A stretch of DNA of 64,000 bases from Camelus ferus (taxonomy: Eukaryota), in NCBI RefSeq assembly GCF_009834535.1, contig NC_045697.1, forward strand, positions 31,126,001 through 31,190,000. The letters are read 5' to 3'. This document shows positions 38,367 through 52,362 of the stretch, in pieces. The notes under the pieces were generated by a model. The model did no database searches. It saw nothing but the letters and a program-made list of their open reading frames with translations, and was not told the DNA's origin. Position 1 is the first letter of the stretch, and the number at the start of each line of letters is the position of its first letter. Position numbers and translations under genes: made by a program.

Positions 38367-39515
38367 AATTCATTTTGAATTGATTTTTGTGTATGGAGTG
38401 AGATAAGTTCCCAGTTTCATTCTTCTGCATGTGGATACCCAATTTTCTCAGCACTATTTGTTGAAAAGACTGTCTTCTCCTCATTGTGTGTTCTTGTCAT
38501 CTTTGTTGAAGATCACTTGACCCTAAATGTGTGGATTTGTTTCTGTGCCCTCTATTCTGCTCCTTTGTTCTATATGTTTGTTTCTATGATTGTTTCATGC
38601 TGTTTTGATACTATAGCTTTATATATATTTTGAAATCGAGTAGTGTAATTCTTCCAGCTTTGTTCTTTCTTAAGATTTCTTTGGCTACTTGAAGTCTTTT
38701 GGTTCCAAATTAATTTTAGGATTTTTTTCTATTTTTGAAAAACAATGCCATTGGCATTTTGGTAAGAATTGCCTTTGGTCCACAGGGGTCTTCGTCCATA
38801 GGGGTGGGCCTGGAGACTATGGAGGGGAGTCTGAAGCTTGGACCCACGGGGGCCAGCCTGGTACTGGGAAATATGTAGTGTCTGGGTCCACAGGGATGGA
38901 CTTGGTCCTAAGTCTGAGGATGGCCTGGCATGTAGGTCCACAGAGGTAGGGCTGGTGGCTGGGTCATCAGAGGGCTGGCTTGGTGCTGAGCAGGCATGGA
39001 ACTTCAGTCCTCAGACAAGGCCTGAGTCCTGGGACTCTGAGGTGCAGCCTGGAGCTGGGTCCACAGGTTCAGTCCTGGACTCTGGGTCGACTGGAGTGCG
39101 CCTGGACCGACCCGAGGTTCACTGGAGCCTCGGGCTGCAAGGGCTATTCTGACACTGGGGCATGGTGGGAGGCTGGAGCTCTAGGGCTGGCCTGGTGCTG
39201 GGAAGGGTCCAGATGCTGGGGTCTGTGCAGAAGCCTGGCGTTCACATCACTCTTCTCCCAGCCCACAGGGAGGGTCTCTCTTTGTGGTTCACTGCCAAGG
39301 GTTTGGGGAAGGGGATGTGGGTAACATGAAACTGGCCTTTGTCTCCTATTTAGTGTGACTTTTCTTATTTCTGTGCTCCCCTGAGGTGCTGTAATTCCTT
39401 ACCTGAAATCCTTAGCTCTTGTGAAGGAATTTCTGTACATGGATAGTTGTTCAAATTGATGTTTCTGTGAGTGGAGGAGCGCTTTAAACTCTTCTTCTGT
39501 CATCTTACTGACATT
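38367..39515 (-). mobile_element. Older L1 remnant: ORF2 fragment (38367-38775) abutting a GC-rich repetitive 5'UTR and 5' end (38776-39515)
   Basis: Typical antisense ORF2 sequence (cattttgaattgatttttgtgtatgg...ttgttgaaaagactgtc), GGTCCACAGG-type monomers, and a minus-strand start atgtcagtaagatgacagaagaag resembling old L1M 5' ends. Confidence 0.7.
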
Positions 39516-39541
39516 GTGTTCTCTCTCTCTTTCTCTCTCTC

Positions 39542-39543
<2 letters not shown>

Positions 39544-39587
<44 letters not shown>
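39544..39587. repeat. (CA)22 microsatellite
   Basis: Direct reading; preceded by a TC-rich tract. Confidence 0.97.
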
Positions 39588-39591
<4 letters not shown>

Positions 39592-39863
39592 TAAAGTGTA
39601 TATGTAGAAGTGGTGATTCAATCCTAAATTTTACTTCCTGGTTACAAAAATCATTACTTTTCTAGCTAGAGTTTCAGATTATAAATTAAAGCTTTTCTGA
39701 CACTAGTTAGAATTTCCCACACTTGGCCATCAGTCTACACTTAACCTTTTTTTGTTGTTGTTCCTCAGAGAGTGTTAATTCGTGTTAATTCTCCCTCATT
39801 TGTCCACTCATCCCTGTTGTCTTGTGTGAAAAAAATGTAATGAGATTTCTAAACACCACAGAG

Positions 39864-39960
39864 GTGGGAGGATATAGCTCAGTGGTAGAGTGCACACTTA
39901 GCATGCACAAGTTCCTGGGTTCAATCCCTGGTACCTCCATCAAAAAAGAAAATTAAAATA
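39864..39960 (+). mobile_element. tRNA-Ala-like camelid SINE (short form)
   Basis: tagctcagtggtagag...ttagcat...gggttcaatccc...cctcca plus an A-rich tail. TSD AAACACCA(C/A)AGAG at 39851-39863 and 39961-39973. Confidence 0.88.
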
Positions 39961-42900
39961 AAACACCAAAGAGATGCTAAAAGGGAGCAAATGGATGAAG
40001 CTCACTGGAACACTCATCTTGGAAGATTATTGAAAAAAATATTAGGACAGAATTAGAGAACTTTAGATTATAAAACAAAATAAACAGACAACCTACAAAA
40101 CCTTGGTGTGTATGTTTTACGTGCAGCAGAGGTGCAGTTGTGACCTACGTATTTTGTAGTTTCTGAAGCTCTGGGTTACTTTCTTTCTATTAAAGCATAT
40201 TTATCAATGTCCCTTCATTTTCCTCTCTAGGTGCTGGAAATTTCCATGTGGCTTGCTAGAGGTCTTTCCTTCTGGCATGCTCCAAACTGGCATGCCATAA
40301 ACATACAATGAATGTTAAGTTGAATCAGGGAATGTCTGATTTGCCTCTGGAGTTTATTGTTGCAAACTATGTTAATATTTTTATCCCTGGTTCAAAGTAC
40401 ACTTTGATGCTTGTCTTATACCAGTAATCATTTAACCTGAAATCCTGGGAGAGGCTGTGAAAGGTATTCATCGTTATTCAAGAAAAATACACAAATCTTA
40501 AAATTTAGAGAACGATAATGCCATTACTTTGTGCTTCTTCTAAAATCTAGTTGTGCTTATTAAAGACAAGTATTGCAGGATTTACATATTACATTGTGTT
40601 AGTGTTGACATTCCACCTGACAACTTTAAAGGAGGTTTTAACTTTAACTACTCAGGGATTTTTATGGGCTAAGATAATAATCCAGTGAACAAAAATTCAT
40701 AATGTGTATAAATAAGATTTCCCCTCCCATGTAATTTCCCTGATGGCATTTGAACAATATTGCTCCAAAAAGTGCTATCAAGTCTTCCTTGCACAGGTAA
40801 AATCTTGTTAAGACTTTAACACGAAGGCTTCTAGATCGCTAATATTTTTATGTGTGTGTGGGTGTCCGTAGAGAATATGAGCTCAAACACAGCATGGAAG
40901 ATTCGACCTTCTGAGATCTGAACAAGACTCATGATTAAATGATTTGGACAAGGAAACTCATGGTAAATTTTTAGTAAACTGTCTTCTGAGATCTAATGTA
41001 GACGTGGGCTTTCTTTCAAAATTCTTGTTGCTTATGTTTAAAGCTTGTATACAGCTTGAGGTGGGTGATGTCATAACTCTTCTCCGAAGGAAGTTTTGTT
41101 TAACTTCCTCTGAGCAGATGACAGTCCCCTGCCATCATCCTCCATTGCTCTTTTTCCTGCTCTTTTCTCTCCCTTGAAGATTAGTTCAGAGTGTAGGAAT
41201 AGAAACATTTTTTTTTTCTTTCATGGTTTCTTCCTCCTCAAACTGCTGTCTTAAGAATAGCCAAGTGATGAACTAGTGTTTGCTAAAAATGTGCTGCTTA
41301 ATGATATTTTGAAAATATACTATTTCCCTAGTAGTTTGAAAAAGTCTCTAAAAAGTTAAAAGTCTAGATTTTTGCTAAGTGAACATGCTTTAGGATTTGA
41401 CGTATAATATCTTTCTAAGATACAGGGAAAAGTAATTAAAAATCAAAACATGTAATTAGGTTCATACTTTATCCCCCCCAAAATAATCAACACTGAAGTT
41501 AATCAACACATAAAAGTTAAATGTAATTGAAATCAGATCATCAGTTTTTGTTTTTCAGTCTTACAGACCTTTTTCAAACTCTTGCCAACTTTGCAGATCT
41601 GGGTGAAATGTAGTGACATTTTTCATGGTCTGAACGAGGGCTGTGGATGCCGGTGAAATGTGTGCTACTCCTTTTACTGCTTGGCACAGCGCATCCTGGA
41701 AGCCTTAACGTTTCACTGTAGACATTGCTCGATAATAAGAAAACAAGTTAAGGAAATTACTGTCATTTAAAACACAAATTTTCACTTGAAACTGTGAGTA
41801 GGGCTATAACAATATAACACCACCCACGGCTGGGTGCCAAGTTCTGCCATAAGACTTCCAGCAAGCCTCTGCTGATTATGAACCTAGCCTCATCAACATC
41901 TCCCAACTAACTATAAACTTTCTCATTACTTTCACAAATTCTAGCCAAGAGAATAATCATCCATCCATAGACATGTTTATTTTAATGTGTGAAAATCATA
42001 GTAGAATCCAGTGACTTTGGTTTCAAAGTGAAAAAGAGGGTTTCCACAGCTGGATTTCAAAGACCGTGCAAATTTGAGCAGGACGGGCCACTGAAGTGTA
42101 AATGAAAGACTTATTGCCTTTGGCCTGCTCATTTGGAGGCCTTTTCTAGCTGTGCACACATTTTCCAAAACCATTCATCTTGTATTGAATTTCCTGCAAA
42201 CATACAGACACTTCTGCCCCGTTCCACAGCCCACCTAATGCTTTATTCATTGGATTTGATTTATTTATACCGTGCTTATTTCTCCCAGTGCTCTGATGTG
42301 ATGCGAACTTAATACAAATTCAAGATCCAAGGAAAATCCAGCAGCCAAAACTAATTTTAATAAAAACAAATACTTATATGGGGAAGTATGGAAAGATGAG
42401 TCATGTGTGATACACTGAGGGTCCTACCAGTAGGGAGCAATGAGCGCTCCAAAGGAGTTCCAAATTGGTTCCAAAAATAAAGAACCTTTGCCTCTGGACA
42501 CTTCCAGGGGACACAACTGGGCTGGCAGTCACATACAAAACTGTACATAAAAGAGAAAGGTAGACGTTCTGAAGGCAACTTTTTGATGATGACTAGACCA
42601 TCAGTCTTCAACTTATAAGCGTTGCCAAGTTTTTCCCACAGGACTTTGGGTATGTTAAGGGGAAATTATATTTTTAAAAGTAATGATATTATACTCTTCT
42701 TAAAAGAAATACAAACACTATTTTGTGGGACTTCTAAGTTTGAAAACTTTTGAAAATTTTCTCATCTTGGGTGAAAATGATCAGACTCCAGATCATACAA
42801 GCAGAAGTATTATTTAAGATAAAAATGATGCAGCTTGGGGCCTTGAATTTAATTTTAGAGTGACTAAGAGCATGGACTCTGGAGGACCGTATATTTTATA

Positions 42901-45900
42901 GCTAATGAACGCAGCTAAAGCTGATAGCAGATTTCAATAATCTTTTTATCAGACATGGTGCAAGAACACAGAGGCCATTCATGTATTCTAGGTATAGAAG
43001 GCTTAATATTTAAATTAAGAAAGCACACAGTTGTTGAAAGAGTTTGGTCAAGGGAGCCGCCTGTTGAAGATCTCAGCCCGAAACATCAAAGAGATGGTTA
43101 TCAAGTTCTCACCTGGAAGCTGCTGCAGTTCCTAAGCGTCTCCAGGAAGCTCCCAACAACATGCCCAGTCATCAGTGGTGAGGCTGGTGGTTCTTCAGCT
43201 CCCTAGGAAGACCTTGGGTCTCCTGTTTGTCTACGTAGCTGAATGCAGCTACCCCTGGGAGACAATGGCTTCATACAAACCTCATGCAAATGCTTCTCAC
43301 TGGTAAGCCCTAACCCAGAACCATGCAAAGAAGAGGATGGTGGAAATTATAAAATCTAGTCCTGACCTTTACAGTCCTGTAAGTAAACCTGTAGTCCTTA
43401 ATTGACCTCCGAAGGGAATAAGGGTCACGATAAATTGACAGCTAATGCTCTAGCCCAGTTTTTGAGGGCAACTTCAGGGAAATAAAGGAAATTGTGCTTC
43501 AGATAGAAAAAAACCTGAAAAACAAGGGAAAAGTAGACACTGGAGGGAGAAAATTATACACTCAGTTTACAAAGTATCTCTATTCATGTAGGCAAAATAT
43601 AGAATTCTAGAAGTCTCACTTGTTAGTGTTTGGTAAATTACTTTAAGAATACCAGTTCTTAAAGGACATGACCTAAAGGGACAATTTGCTTTAAAATGGT
43701 TTAGCTGCAGGTTTCTGTGGTGCGCATATATTGAGTATCTGCCCAGCTCATGAACAACTAATTTCTCCTTTGCCAAGGAACTTATGGCGACCTTAGTCCC
43801 CAAAGCCACATAACGAAGTCCTTGTTCACAAGTTGATTTGACCTTGGGAAGTCATCTGGCTCAAGTGAGCTGAGAAAATTCTTCCTCCAGGGAATTTTGG
43901 GTAAGTCTGGGCTTCTCCTGAGCATAGCAGATCTAACTTTGGGACTTTGGGTTAGCCAAAGTCTGCATGCCATGTGGACTGCAAAGCCAATCTGTGCAGA
44001 GGGAGAAAGAGAAGGTCCAGAGAGAAGCAAGTTGAGGGGTGTAGTGAGAACTCTACAACTTTCCAATGCCTTGCTCCAATTCGTTTTGGAGCCCTTGAAT
44101 TCTGTGAATACCCCTGTGTCCATCTAGTAAATTCTACCTCCTCAGTCTGTCTCAGCTATATTTTTCCTTTTCCTTCTGCTACTTGCCTCCAGAAACCACT
44201 AACAAAGGATGCTCATTGCATTTAAAATACCATTCAATACAGGAATATCTCAACTTAATTCAAGAGAGTATCTAATGAAAAAAATAATGCCGTATTGCCA
44301 TCATATTCCCTTTTTGATTTATTTAGTCACGTCCACATTCTTATTTTTCCTACTGTCCTGTGATTTTGGAACTTGTAGCTGACCTTCCCCCTCCTTTCTC
44401 CCACCTCCTGAACTGAAGGATAGAAGAGAAATAAAATCTGAAACTCAAACCATGTGGCTTTAGACTTGCTAAAAGTGCCAGTAAATGAGAGACAATTCAA
44501 TTTAATGACAAACATGAGGCTCTAGTAAGGCTTCAGGGTAGCCTGTTCCGAAGCCTGTGGAACAAATACAGCACAGCTTTATCTCTTTGCAATAAAATCA
44601 AAGATCTGCTCCAAAGAGAATGCACTGAGTTTCACATCAAATGACAGATTGCCAGCTTCTCTTCAGCAAGGTAATTGGCCACACTGGTTAGTGGCTTATT
44701 GCTAATATAAAATTTCATAATAGGTAATAGTAAATGTGAACCAGCAATGGCAGATTTAGAAATGAGTTAAAAACTTGGCAGAGGAACTCTTATTGCAATT
44801 GACTTTCAAATAAGGTAAGAGAAAGAGAGAAAGAGAGAGAAAGGAGCGATTTCTTGTTGGCATAGGGCTTTATTAAAAATAAAGTAAGAAATGTGTATTA
44901 TTGCTGATACCTACTTCATCATTTTCATAAGAGAAAAACAACGACAATTACTTCATGTATAATTTCTAACCATTGCTTTTGTATTATTGCATTAAAGCTA
45001 ATTTTATTCACTTGAGCCAAGACATAAAAATGTGACCACAAAAGCATTCAACAGGAAACATCTCTGCCCTAAATAATTCAGGCAGCAGAAGAATTTAGAT
45101 TACTTAGTTTCTTTTAAATAATTTAGGGGTGGCACTTAAAGGCACTTGAATAATCCACCCATGAATTGAGGAGCAAAATTATGGTGCATAATTTTTGATA
45201 TTTAAATCTTGGATGCCTTTCCTCTTTTATTCCAGCAAAATCAATCTGAAAAGAATTGTTTCAAAAGGAATGGGTTGTGAGTAGGCTCTCAAAATATCAG
45301 CTCTTAGCAGTTTATCAGCACTCTTTTGAGTGTTTTTCAAGGAGCTAGATTATAGCCCAATATAAGGCCCAGCTTATAGAAAATCTTGCTGTATTTCTCC
45401 TGCAAGACTCACTTCACACAAATCATTTTTCCTTTTCTGTATATTTCACACGATATGTTTCCTTTATAAAGAAGGGTTACAGTCCCCTTGAATGTTGGTA
45501 TATTGCTCTTAAAAGACATTGGTCCTGTAGCAATTAAAAATGCTTTCAGTTTTAGAATAGATGTGTTCAGGTACATCAGAGTCATGATAAAGGTTTTGGT
45601 ATACAACATTTCAGGTACTTAACAGGAGATGTGCATAATGAAGTCACAGAGTTTCTTGACCAAGCCAATCAAAGCATTACCTTCATCATTATGCTAATTG
45701 AATTGTTTGGCGTTGAAATACAACAATACTACTTTAACAAAGCATAATTAAAATAAAGTTAAGCTATTAGGATAAGGGAAATTTTCAATAAATTTACATA
45801 ATGAAGTGGTTTGGTTTAGAATTTTTGTTTTTGTAATAGGATTTTATTAAATACGTAACATTAAAATTAAGAGAGATAAGCAAATTAAATACTTATAAGC

Positions 45901-46585
45901 TTATTACATTTGCTAGCTGATTAAATTTAAGTAAATAAATAGGTAACTTACCATTTCATACTTTATTAAAAATGCTTCCAAAGAGAACAGTTGCAGCTGG
46001 CTTTTTAAAATTTATTGTTCTTATTGATATTTTACTTGCTTTTCTTTTGTTGCTATCATTTTTTATTATTGGCAATATTTTGTTTTATTTTAAATTCAAC
46101 TTTAATGGGATATAATTGCATACAATAAAATTTAGATTTATGACTTTTGACAACAGCATATACTGCCTAACTACCATCCTAATGAACAGCATATTTCCAT
46201 CCTTCTAGGAAGTTCTTTTGTGTCCCTTGGCTGCCAGTCCCTCCTGACAGCCCATCCTCCAGAATCAGGCAGATCTGAATTCCATTATTATGTAATATTA
46301 GTGGCATATATTGTATTAAAAGATTTCCATACCAGATTTTTTATTGATAATTTGGATTGTATTGTTTGTATATTATTTTAAAAAAATGAACTGCAGAGAG
46401 ATTAATTCTCTTACCCACAGTCAAACCTGTGACAGTAGTAGAATTAGGATTTAAATACAGATGTGTATGATTCTAAATCTCTTCTGCTATACTGAAGAAC
46501 TTTTCTTTATTTTGGGCAAAGTACCACATATTAGTTAGTATTAATAAAATTGGCTTAATAAAAACAATAGTTTCTTGTTCGTATT

Positions 46586-49036
46586 CAGTCTTAATTCAGA
46601 AGTATTATGGGTTGGTTCCAAACCACCGTAATAAAGGAAAAAACCACAATAAAGTGAGTCACACGAATTTTTTGGCTTCCTAGTGCATATAAAAGTTACG
46701 TTCACACTATACTATGGTCTATTAAGTGTAGAATAGCGTTGTGTCTTAAAAAACAATGTATGGGGGGAGGGTACAGCCTAGTGGTAGAGCACATGCCTAG
46801 CGTGTATGAGGTCCTGGGTTCAGTCCCCAGTACCTCCATTAAAAAATTAATTAGAAATAAATAAATAAAGCTAATTACCACCCCCCACCTAAAAAAAGCA
46901 ACATGCATACTTTAATGTAAAAATACTTTCCTGCCGAAAAATACTAAGTGACCTGAGCCTTTAGAAGGTTGTAATCTTTCTCCTTGTTGCCTCACTCTTG
47001 ATCTCTGCTGACTGATCAGGGTGGTGGTTGCTGAAGGCTGGAGTGGCTGTGGGTGGCAATTTCTAAAAATAAGACAACCATGAAGTTTGCTGCATTGATT
47101 GACTCTTCCTTTCACAAACAATTTCTCTGTAACATGCAACGTTGTTTGATAGCATTTTACCCACAGTAGAACTGTCAGAATCAGAGTCAGTCCTCTCAAA
47201 CCCTGCTGCTGCTTTGTCAACTAGGTTTATGTCATATTCTCAATCCTTTGTTGTCATTTCAACGATCTTCACAGCATCTTTACCAGAAGTAAGTTTCATC
47301 TCAAGAAACCACTTTCTTTGCTCGTCCTCAACAAGCAACTCCTCATCGGCTGATATTCAGCCACATCTTCAGGCTCCACTTTGAATTCTAGGTGTCTGGC
47401 TTCTTCCACCACATCTGCATTTACTGCCTCCACTGAAGTCTTGAAACCCTGGACATCATTCCTGAAGGTTGGAATCAACATCTTTCAAAGTCCTGTTAAT
47501 GTTGACCTTTCCTCATAATCATGAATGTTCTTAATGGCATCTCGAATGGTGAATCCTTTCCAGAAAATTTTCAATTTACTTGCCCAAATTCATCAGAGGA
47601 ATTACTCTCTATGGCTGCTGTAGCCTTACAAAATGTATTTTGTAAATAACAAAACTTGAAAGTTGAAATTACCCTTTGATCTACGAGCTATAGAACGGAT
47701 GTTGTATGAACAGGTATGAAAACAACACTAATCTCATTGTCTGTCTGCATCAGACCTCTTGCATGACCAGGTGCATTGTTGGTGAGCAGTAATATTTTGA
47801 AAGAAATCTCTCTCTCTCTCTCTCTCTTTTTTTTTTTTTTTGAGCAGTAGCTCTCAACAGTGGGCTTGAAATTTCAGAAAACCACGCTATAAATAGATGT
47901 GCTGTCATCCAGGCTTTGTTGTTTTATTGATAAATACAGGTAGAGCAGATTAAGCATAATTCTTAAGGGCCTGGATATTTTCAGAATGGTAGGTGAGCAC
48001 TGACTTTAATTTAAAATCTCCAGTTGCATTAGCCCATAACAAGAGAGTCAGCCTGTCCTCTGAAGCTCTGAAGCCAGGCATTGACTTCTACTCTCTAGCT
48101 ATGAAAGTCCTAGATGATGTCTCCTTCCAGTATGAGGCTGTTTCATCTACTTGGGAAATCCGGTATTTAGCATGTTCCCCTTCATGCATGATCTCAGCTG
48201 GGTCTCCTGAATCACTTTCTGCAGCTTCTACATAAGCACGTGCTACTTCACCCTGCACTTTAATGTTATGGAGGCAGCTTCTTTCCTTAAACCTCATGAG
48301 CCAACTCCGCTAGCTTCAGACTCTTCTTCTGCAGCTTCCTCACCTCTCTCAGCCTTCACAGAATTGAAGAGAGTTAAGGTGTTGCTCTGGATCAGGCTTT
48401 GGCTTAAAGGAATGTTGGGGATAGTCTGATATTCTAACCAGACCACAAAAACTTTCTCTGTACCAGCAATAAGGCTGTTTTGCTTTCTTATCATTCATGT
48501 GTTCACTGGAGTAGGATTTTTAATTTCCTTTGAAAGCTTTTCCTATGCATCCACAACCTGACTGGAGCAAAAGGCTTAACTTTTGGCCTGTCTTGGCTTT
48601 TGACACGCCTTCCTCACTAAGCTTAATCATTTCTACCTTGCGATTTCAAGTGAGAAATGTGCAAATCTTCCTTTCACTTGGGCACTTAGAGGCCACTGCA
48701 GGGTCACTAATTGGCCTAATTTCAATATGGTTGTGTCTCAGAGAATAGGGAAACCCAAGAAGAGGAGGAGAGATGGGGAACAGCTGGTCCAAGGAGAAAT
48801 CTCAAGACACGTAACATTTATTGATTATGTTTGCTGTCTTATATGAGCAAGATTCTTGGAGCCCCCAAACAATTACCGTGGTAATATCAAAGCCCCCTGG
48901 TCACAGATCAACGTAACAAATGTAATAATATGAAAAAGTCTGAAACGTTGCAAGAGTTACCAAAATGTGACACAAAGACCGAAAGTGAGCAAACGCTGTT
49001 AGAAAAACAGCGCTGATAGACTTGCTCCACACAGAG
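46586..49036 (-). mobile_element. Tigger1 DNA transposon, nearly full length, transposase decayed, one terminus missing
   Basis: Minus-strand peptides [37 protein letters not shown] and RFKERSCLHNIKVQGE..VDETA.YWK..SRTFIARE are Tigger1/pogo transposase. Non-coding flanks match the recalled consensus. Confidence 0.93.
46762..46897 (+). mobile_element. tRNA-derived camelid SINE (Vic-1-like) nested in Tigger1
   Basis: ggggggagggtacagcctagtggtagagc...gtcctgggttcagtccccagtacctcca with A and B boxes, AT-rich linker, C-run and A tail. Confidence 0.88.
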
Positions 49037-52000
49037 GAGAGCGATGGAGGCTTTTCCCTCAGGAGTCCTAACAAAAGCTCCATCGTGTGTCACTGTTTTT
49101 CAGGATGTCATGTGTCCATCCCTTGACTAGTTACTGTGGCTTTCTAAAGCTGTCTGCTGAAGCCAAATCTCCCAAATCCCTGGCACGCCGTTCAAGGAGG
49201 TGTAAAGTAGCTTGCCACGGGAAATTTGGAGTGTTTTTTTTTTTAAATGAAAAGAACATGAAAGGGGTGTTAGGTGCCCAAAGCAAAGGATTTTACTAAA
49301 TGTCATCATAAAGAATTATTGTCTAGTAAAGCTCTGATTCTATTGTAGCTAACTGCCGTCTACACTGCCCCAAAGGGCCAATGTACCTCCCACGGCAGTG
49401 TCTTGAATGTCCATGAAGTTTCTCGGTCACATCATGGCCAAGAACATGGGCGTCTGGGGTTCAGAAAGGGGCAAGGGCAGTAGGCTACCTGTTCATCAGC
49501 ATCTTTAAAGCATCCACATTCTACTAGTGTCTGGGCTTCAGATTTCAGTCATTTCTGCCCCTCCTCCTAATCATTACTCATTCCAGTCATTGACCTCTAG
49601 CTCACTTCTTCCCTTTGCCATGTGCTGCTCCTTACAGATTCTTACCATCTTTTTACCACCTCACTAATCTTCCCTCTCCAAAGCAAAGAATGGAATGTCA
49701 AAAATGAAAAAAACAGTCAAGTCCTAAATTTCTCGTTTTCTTCCAATATGTCCATTGAGAAGGGTAAATTCATACATTAAGCTTCATCTGTCACATTCTT
49801 CTCTTGGTCCTTTTAGTAGGTACAAAACTTACCCTCCAGGAATAATCAGGTATATTTGTCTTCTCATTCAGTAAAAATTTGACACATTCTCCAAAAGCGG
49901 GTTTTGTCCTGTGCACTCTTGAATAGTTTTCAATCTGGGTGATTTTGTCCTAATAAAAAATATTAAAGATAGAAACTGTTTGAGTATAGATTTGTGTGTT
50001 TTTTAAATTCTATAATTAACATCAGAAAAAAATGAGTCGAGAACAAGTTAAGGAAGACTAAACAAAATTATTTGTTAATTCACCTCATGCCAGATGTTGG
50101 GGCCAGTGTTTCCCACATATTGATATTAATTCAATAACTTCCTACCTGGGTGTAATTCAATCTTAGGACTTCTTTCAGTCACAACACTTCTTTTTTTCTT
50201 AAATGGTTATATCTCTAATGGTTAAAATTTGCTGAATTTGACCATACATGAGGATCAGACATGGGCTAACTTTTGGATCTCAGAGGGTAGGGGGTCTTTG
50301 AGGAGCTGGGAGTTACTGATGGGCCACTGCAGCTCACCTGACCGCCAGCATGTGGACTATCAGAATTTTAGCCATATTTTCTCTTATCTATTTTGCACAC
50401 ATGAATCACTAGTCTAGAAGCTCCTGATCATTAACCCATGACTACCTTTCTGTCATACTAACAGCAACACAATGTTACTCTATGTGAAGAAATTACATAT
50501 TTGTGCTATTTACTTGATTTTTCTCAAAACTTGTATCATGATCTTAGAGCATTAGGAGAGATTATCATATCCACAGCATCCATTAGCACTGGACCCATAA
50601 TTTGTTTCAATTCAACGCCGAGATACCCAGGATGAATCCTTTCAACTAGCCGCTAATAATAAAGAATGTGACAGATGAAGTTCAATTATGAATTTACGAG
50701 ACACTTCAGGATTTACGATCTTGTATTCTCCTAGTTAGTTAAAAAGAATAAAAATGTTTTTGGGGGAGAGGCTTAAACTCCACATTCTGAAGTAGATGCC
50801 ACAGATAACTAAAAGGAATAAGGGTATGACAAACTAAAGAAGGCACTGCAAGAATTATTTGGAGAATGCATTGAAAAAACAATTTATTTCTCCCCTCGAG
50901 GGCCTGCTAGCTGGGGTTAGACTCGATCTGATACATCACATTCTGTAGTATGTTATTGTAAAAGCTCTTAAAAAAAGTTAACAACTAAGAGAAAACAAGC
51001 TTTATGCAGCCTTCAGTCAGCAGCAAGTCATAAGCTATATGTGACAACAGTTCTTTCAAATTATGACCATGTTAGCCAACTAAATTGAATTTGTGTTTGG
51101 TCAGGATATAAGAAACCTCTTACAAGACTTAGAAAGGCACTAATAATAATTATTGCTGAGAAATCCTTCATGACACACACTAATGACCACATTTCATTAG
51201 TTGTTTGAAGAGCAGTTGTCATTACCTGTGGCTACAGATTCCAGAGCTAAATCTTTAGGTGTCTGTCTACACCCTAGGGCCTACTTTGAATTATGAATAA
51301 ACCAGGCCACATATTGGCACTGGATTATATCCTGGTTTATTTTGTTTCCTTATCAGCATCTAACATATGGCTGAGCACACAGAAGGTGCTTAATAAATGT
51401 TTGCTGAGTTGGCTCAGCAATCTCCCCAGACTGACTTCTTCCTGCCCTACATTGTAGTGGCTTGTTTGCTTTGCAGCACTGTTTTGATTATTTAACTCAT
51501 TGAGACTAGGTCCCTGTCCTTTCGGAGCTGAATCCCCACAGTGAAGTGTCAGGCTTAGCCCCTACCAAGAGTCCGGTAAATGGTGGTCCCACAGACAAAT
51601 GAAAGTTGAGTTAATTATGATGCCCTTGAGCAGCACTAGGTGAGAAAGGCCCCAGATATGAAAGAGGAAGTGACCGAAACCGGAAGTCTACGATGGATTT
51701 TCCCAAAGACAGACACAAATTACAGGAGACTCTAATTTAGGTGTTTGGCTTTCTATTAGCATGGCTGTGAGTCCTCCTCATAGACCTGTCATGCCTGTCG
51801 CTTTAAAAATCAGAAATGCTTAATCCTTCACCAGTAGCTACTGTTGAACAATAAATCATTCTCTTCTGCTGCTGATAGAACCAGAGTATTTTCTACTTGG
51901 AAAATATTCCACAAACCAACTCCCCCTCCCTCCCCACCCCAGTAATATCTCCCAATAAAATAGAAAATATTTGAAGGAGATTTCAGTACCAAGATCATTT

Positions 52001-52362
52001 CTGTCTTGCTGTTTACATCCTTATTGTTTTTCCTTGCATGAGCTAGCTTTCCTTTTGAGAAAAGGAATATCCTCTTTTAATATCCCCTTATTAAAATCCC
52101 CTGCAAAATCTTTTATAAATGAATCACTATTTCTGTATTCAGTACCACTGCCCTAATCCTTCTTTCCCCACTCCATCTCTATCCACCCTCTGCCCAAACT
52201 GTGAGCATCCTTGCCCTGAGACTTGGCACATACTGATCTCTGCTTGAAATTTCTCCCCTGCTGCATCCTCTACTTCTTCACCCAACTTCTACTTCTTTTA
52301 GGTGTCAGCAGAGATTTCCTGCTCTCCACAAAGTCTCTCTTGACCAAGCCTTGGTGCTACAG

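Noticed and set aside
39864..39940. tRNA-Ala-like gene
   Set aside because: It has an A-rich tail and TSD, mismatched stems and two related copies in the window. It is a SINE, not a tRNA gene.
48088..48494. Domesticated TIGD-type gene
   Set aside because: The transposase is broken by stops and frameshifts; an ordinary decayed Tigger1.
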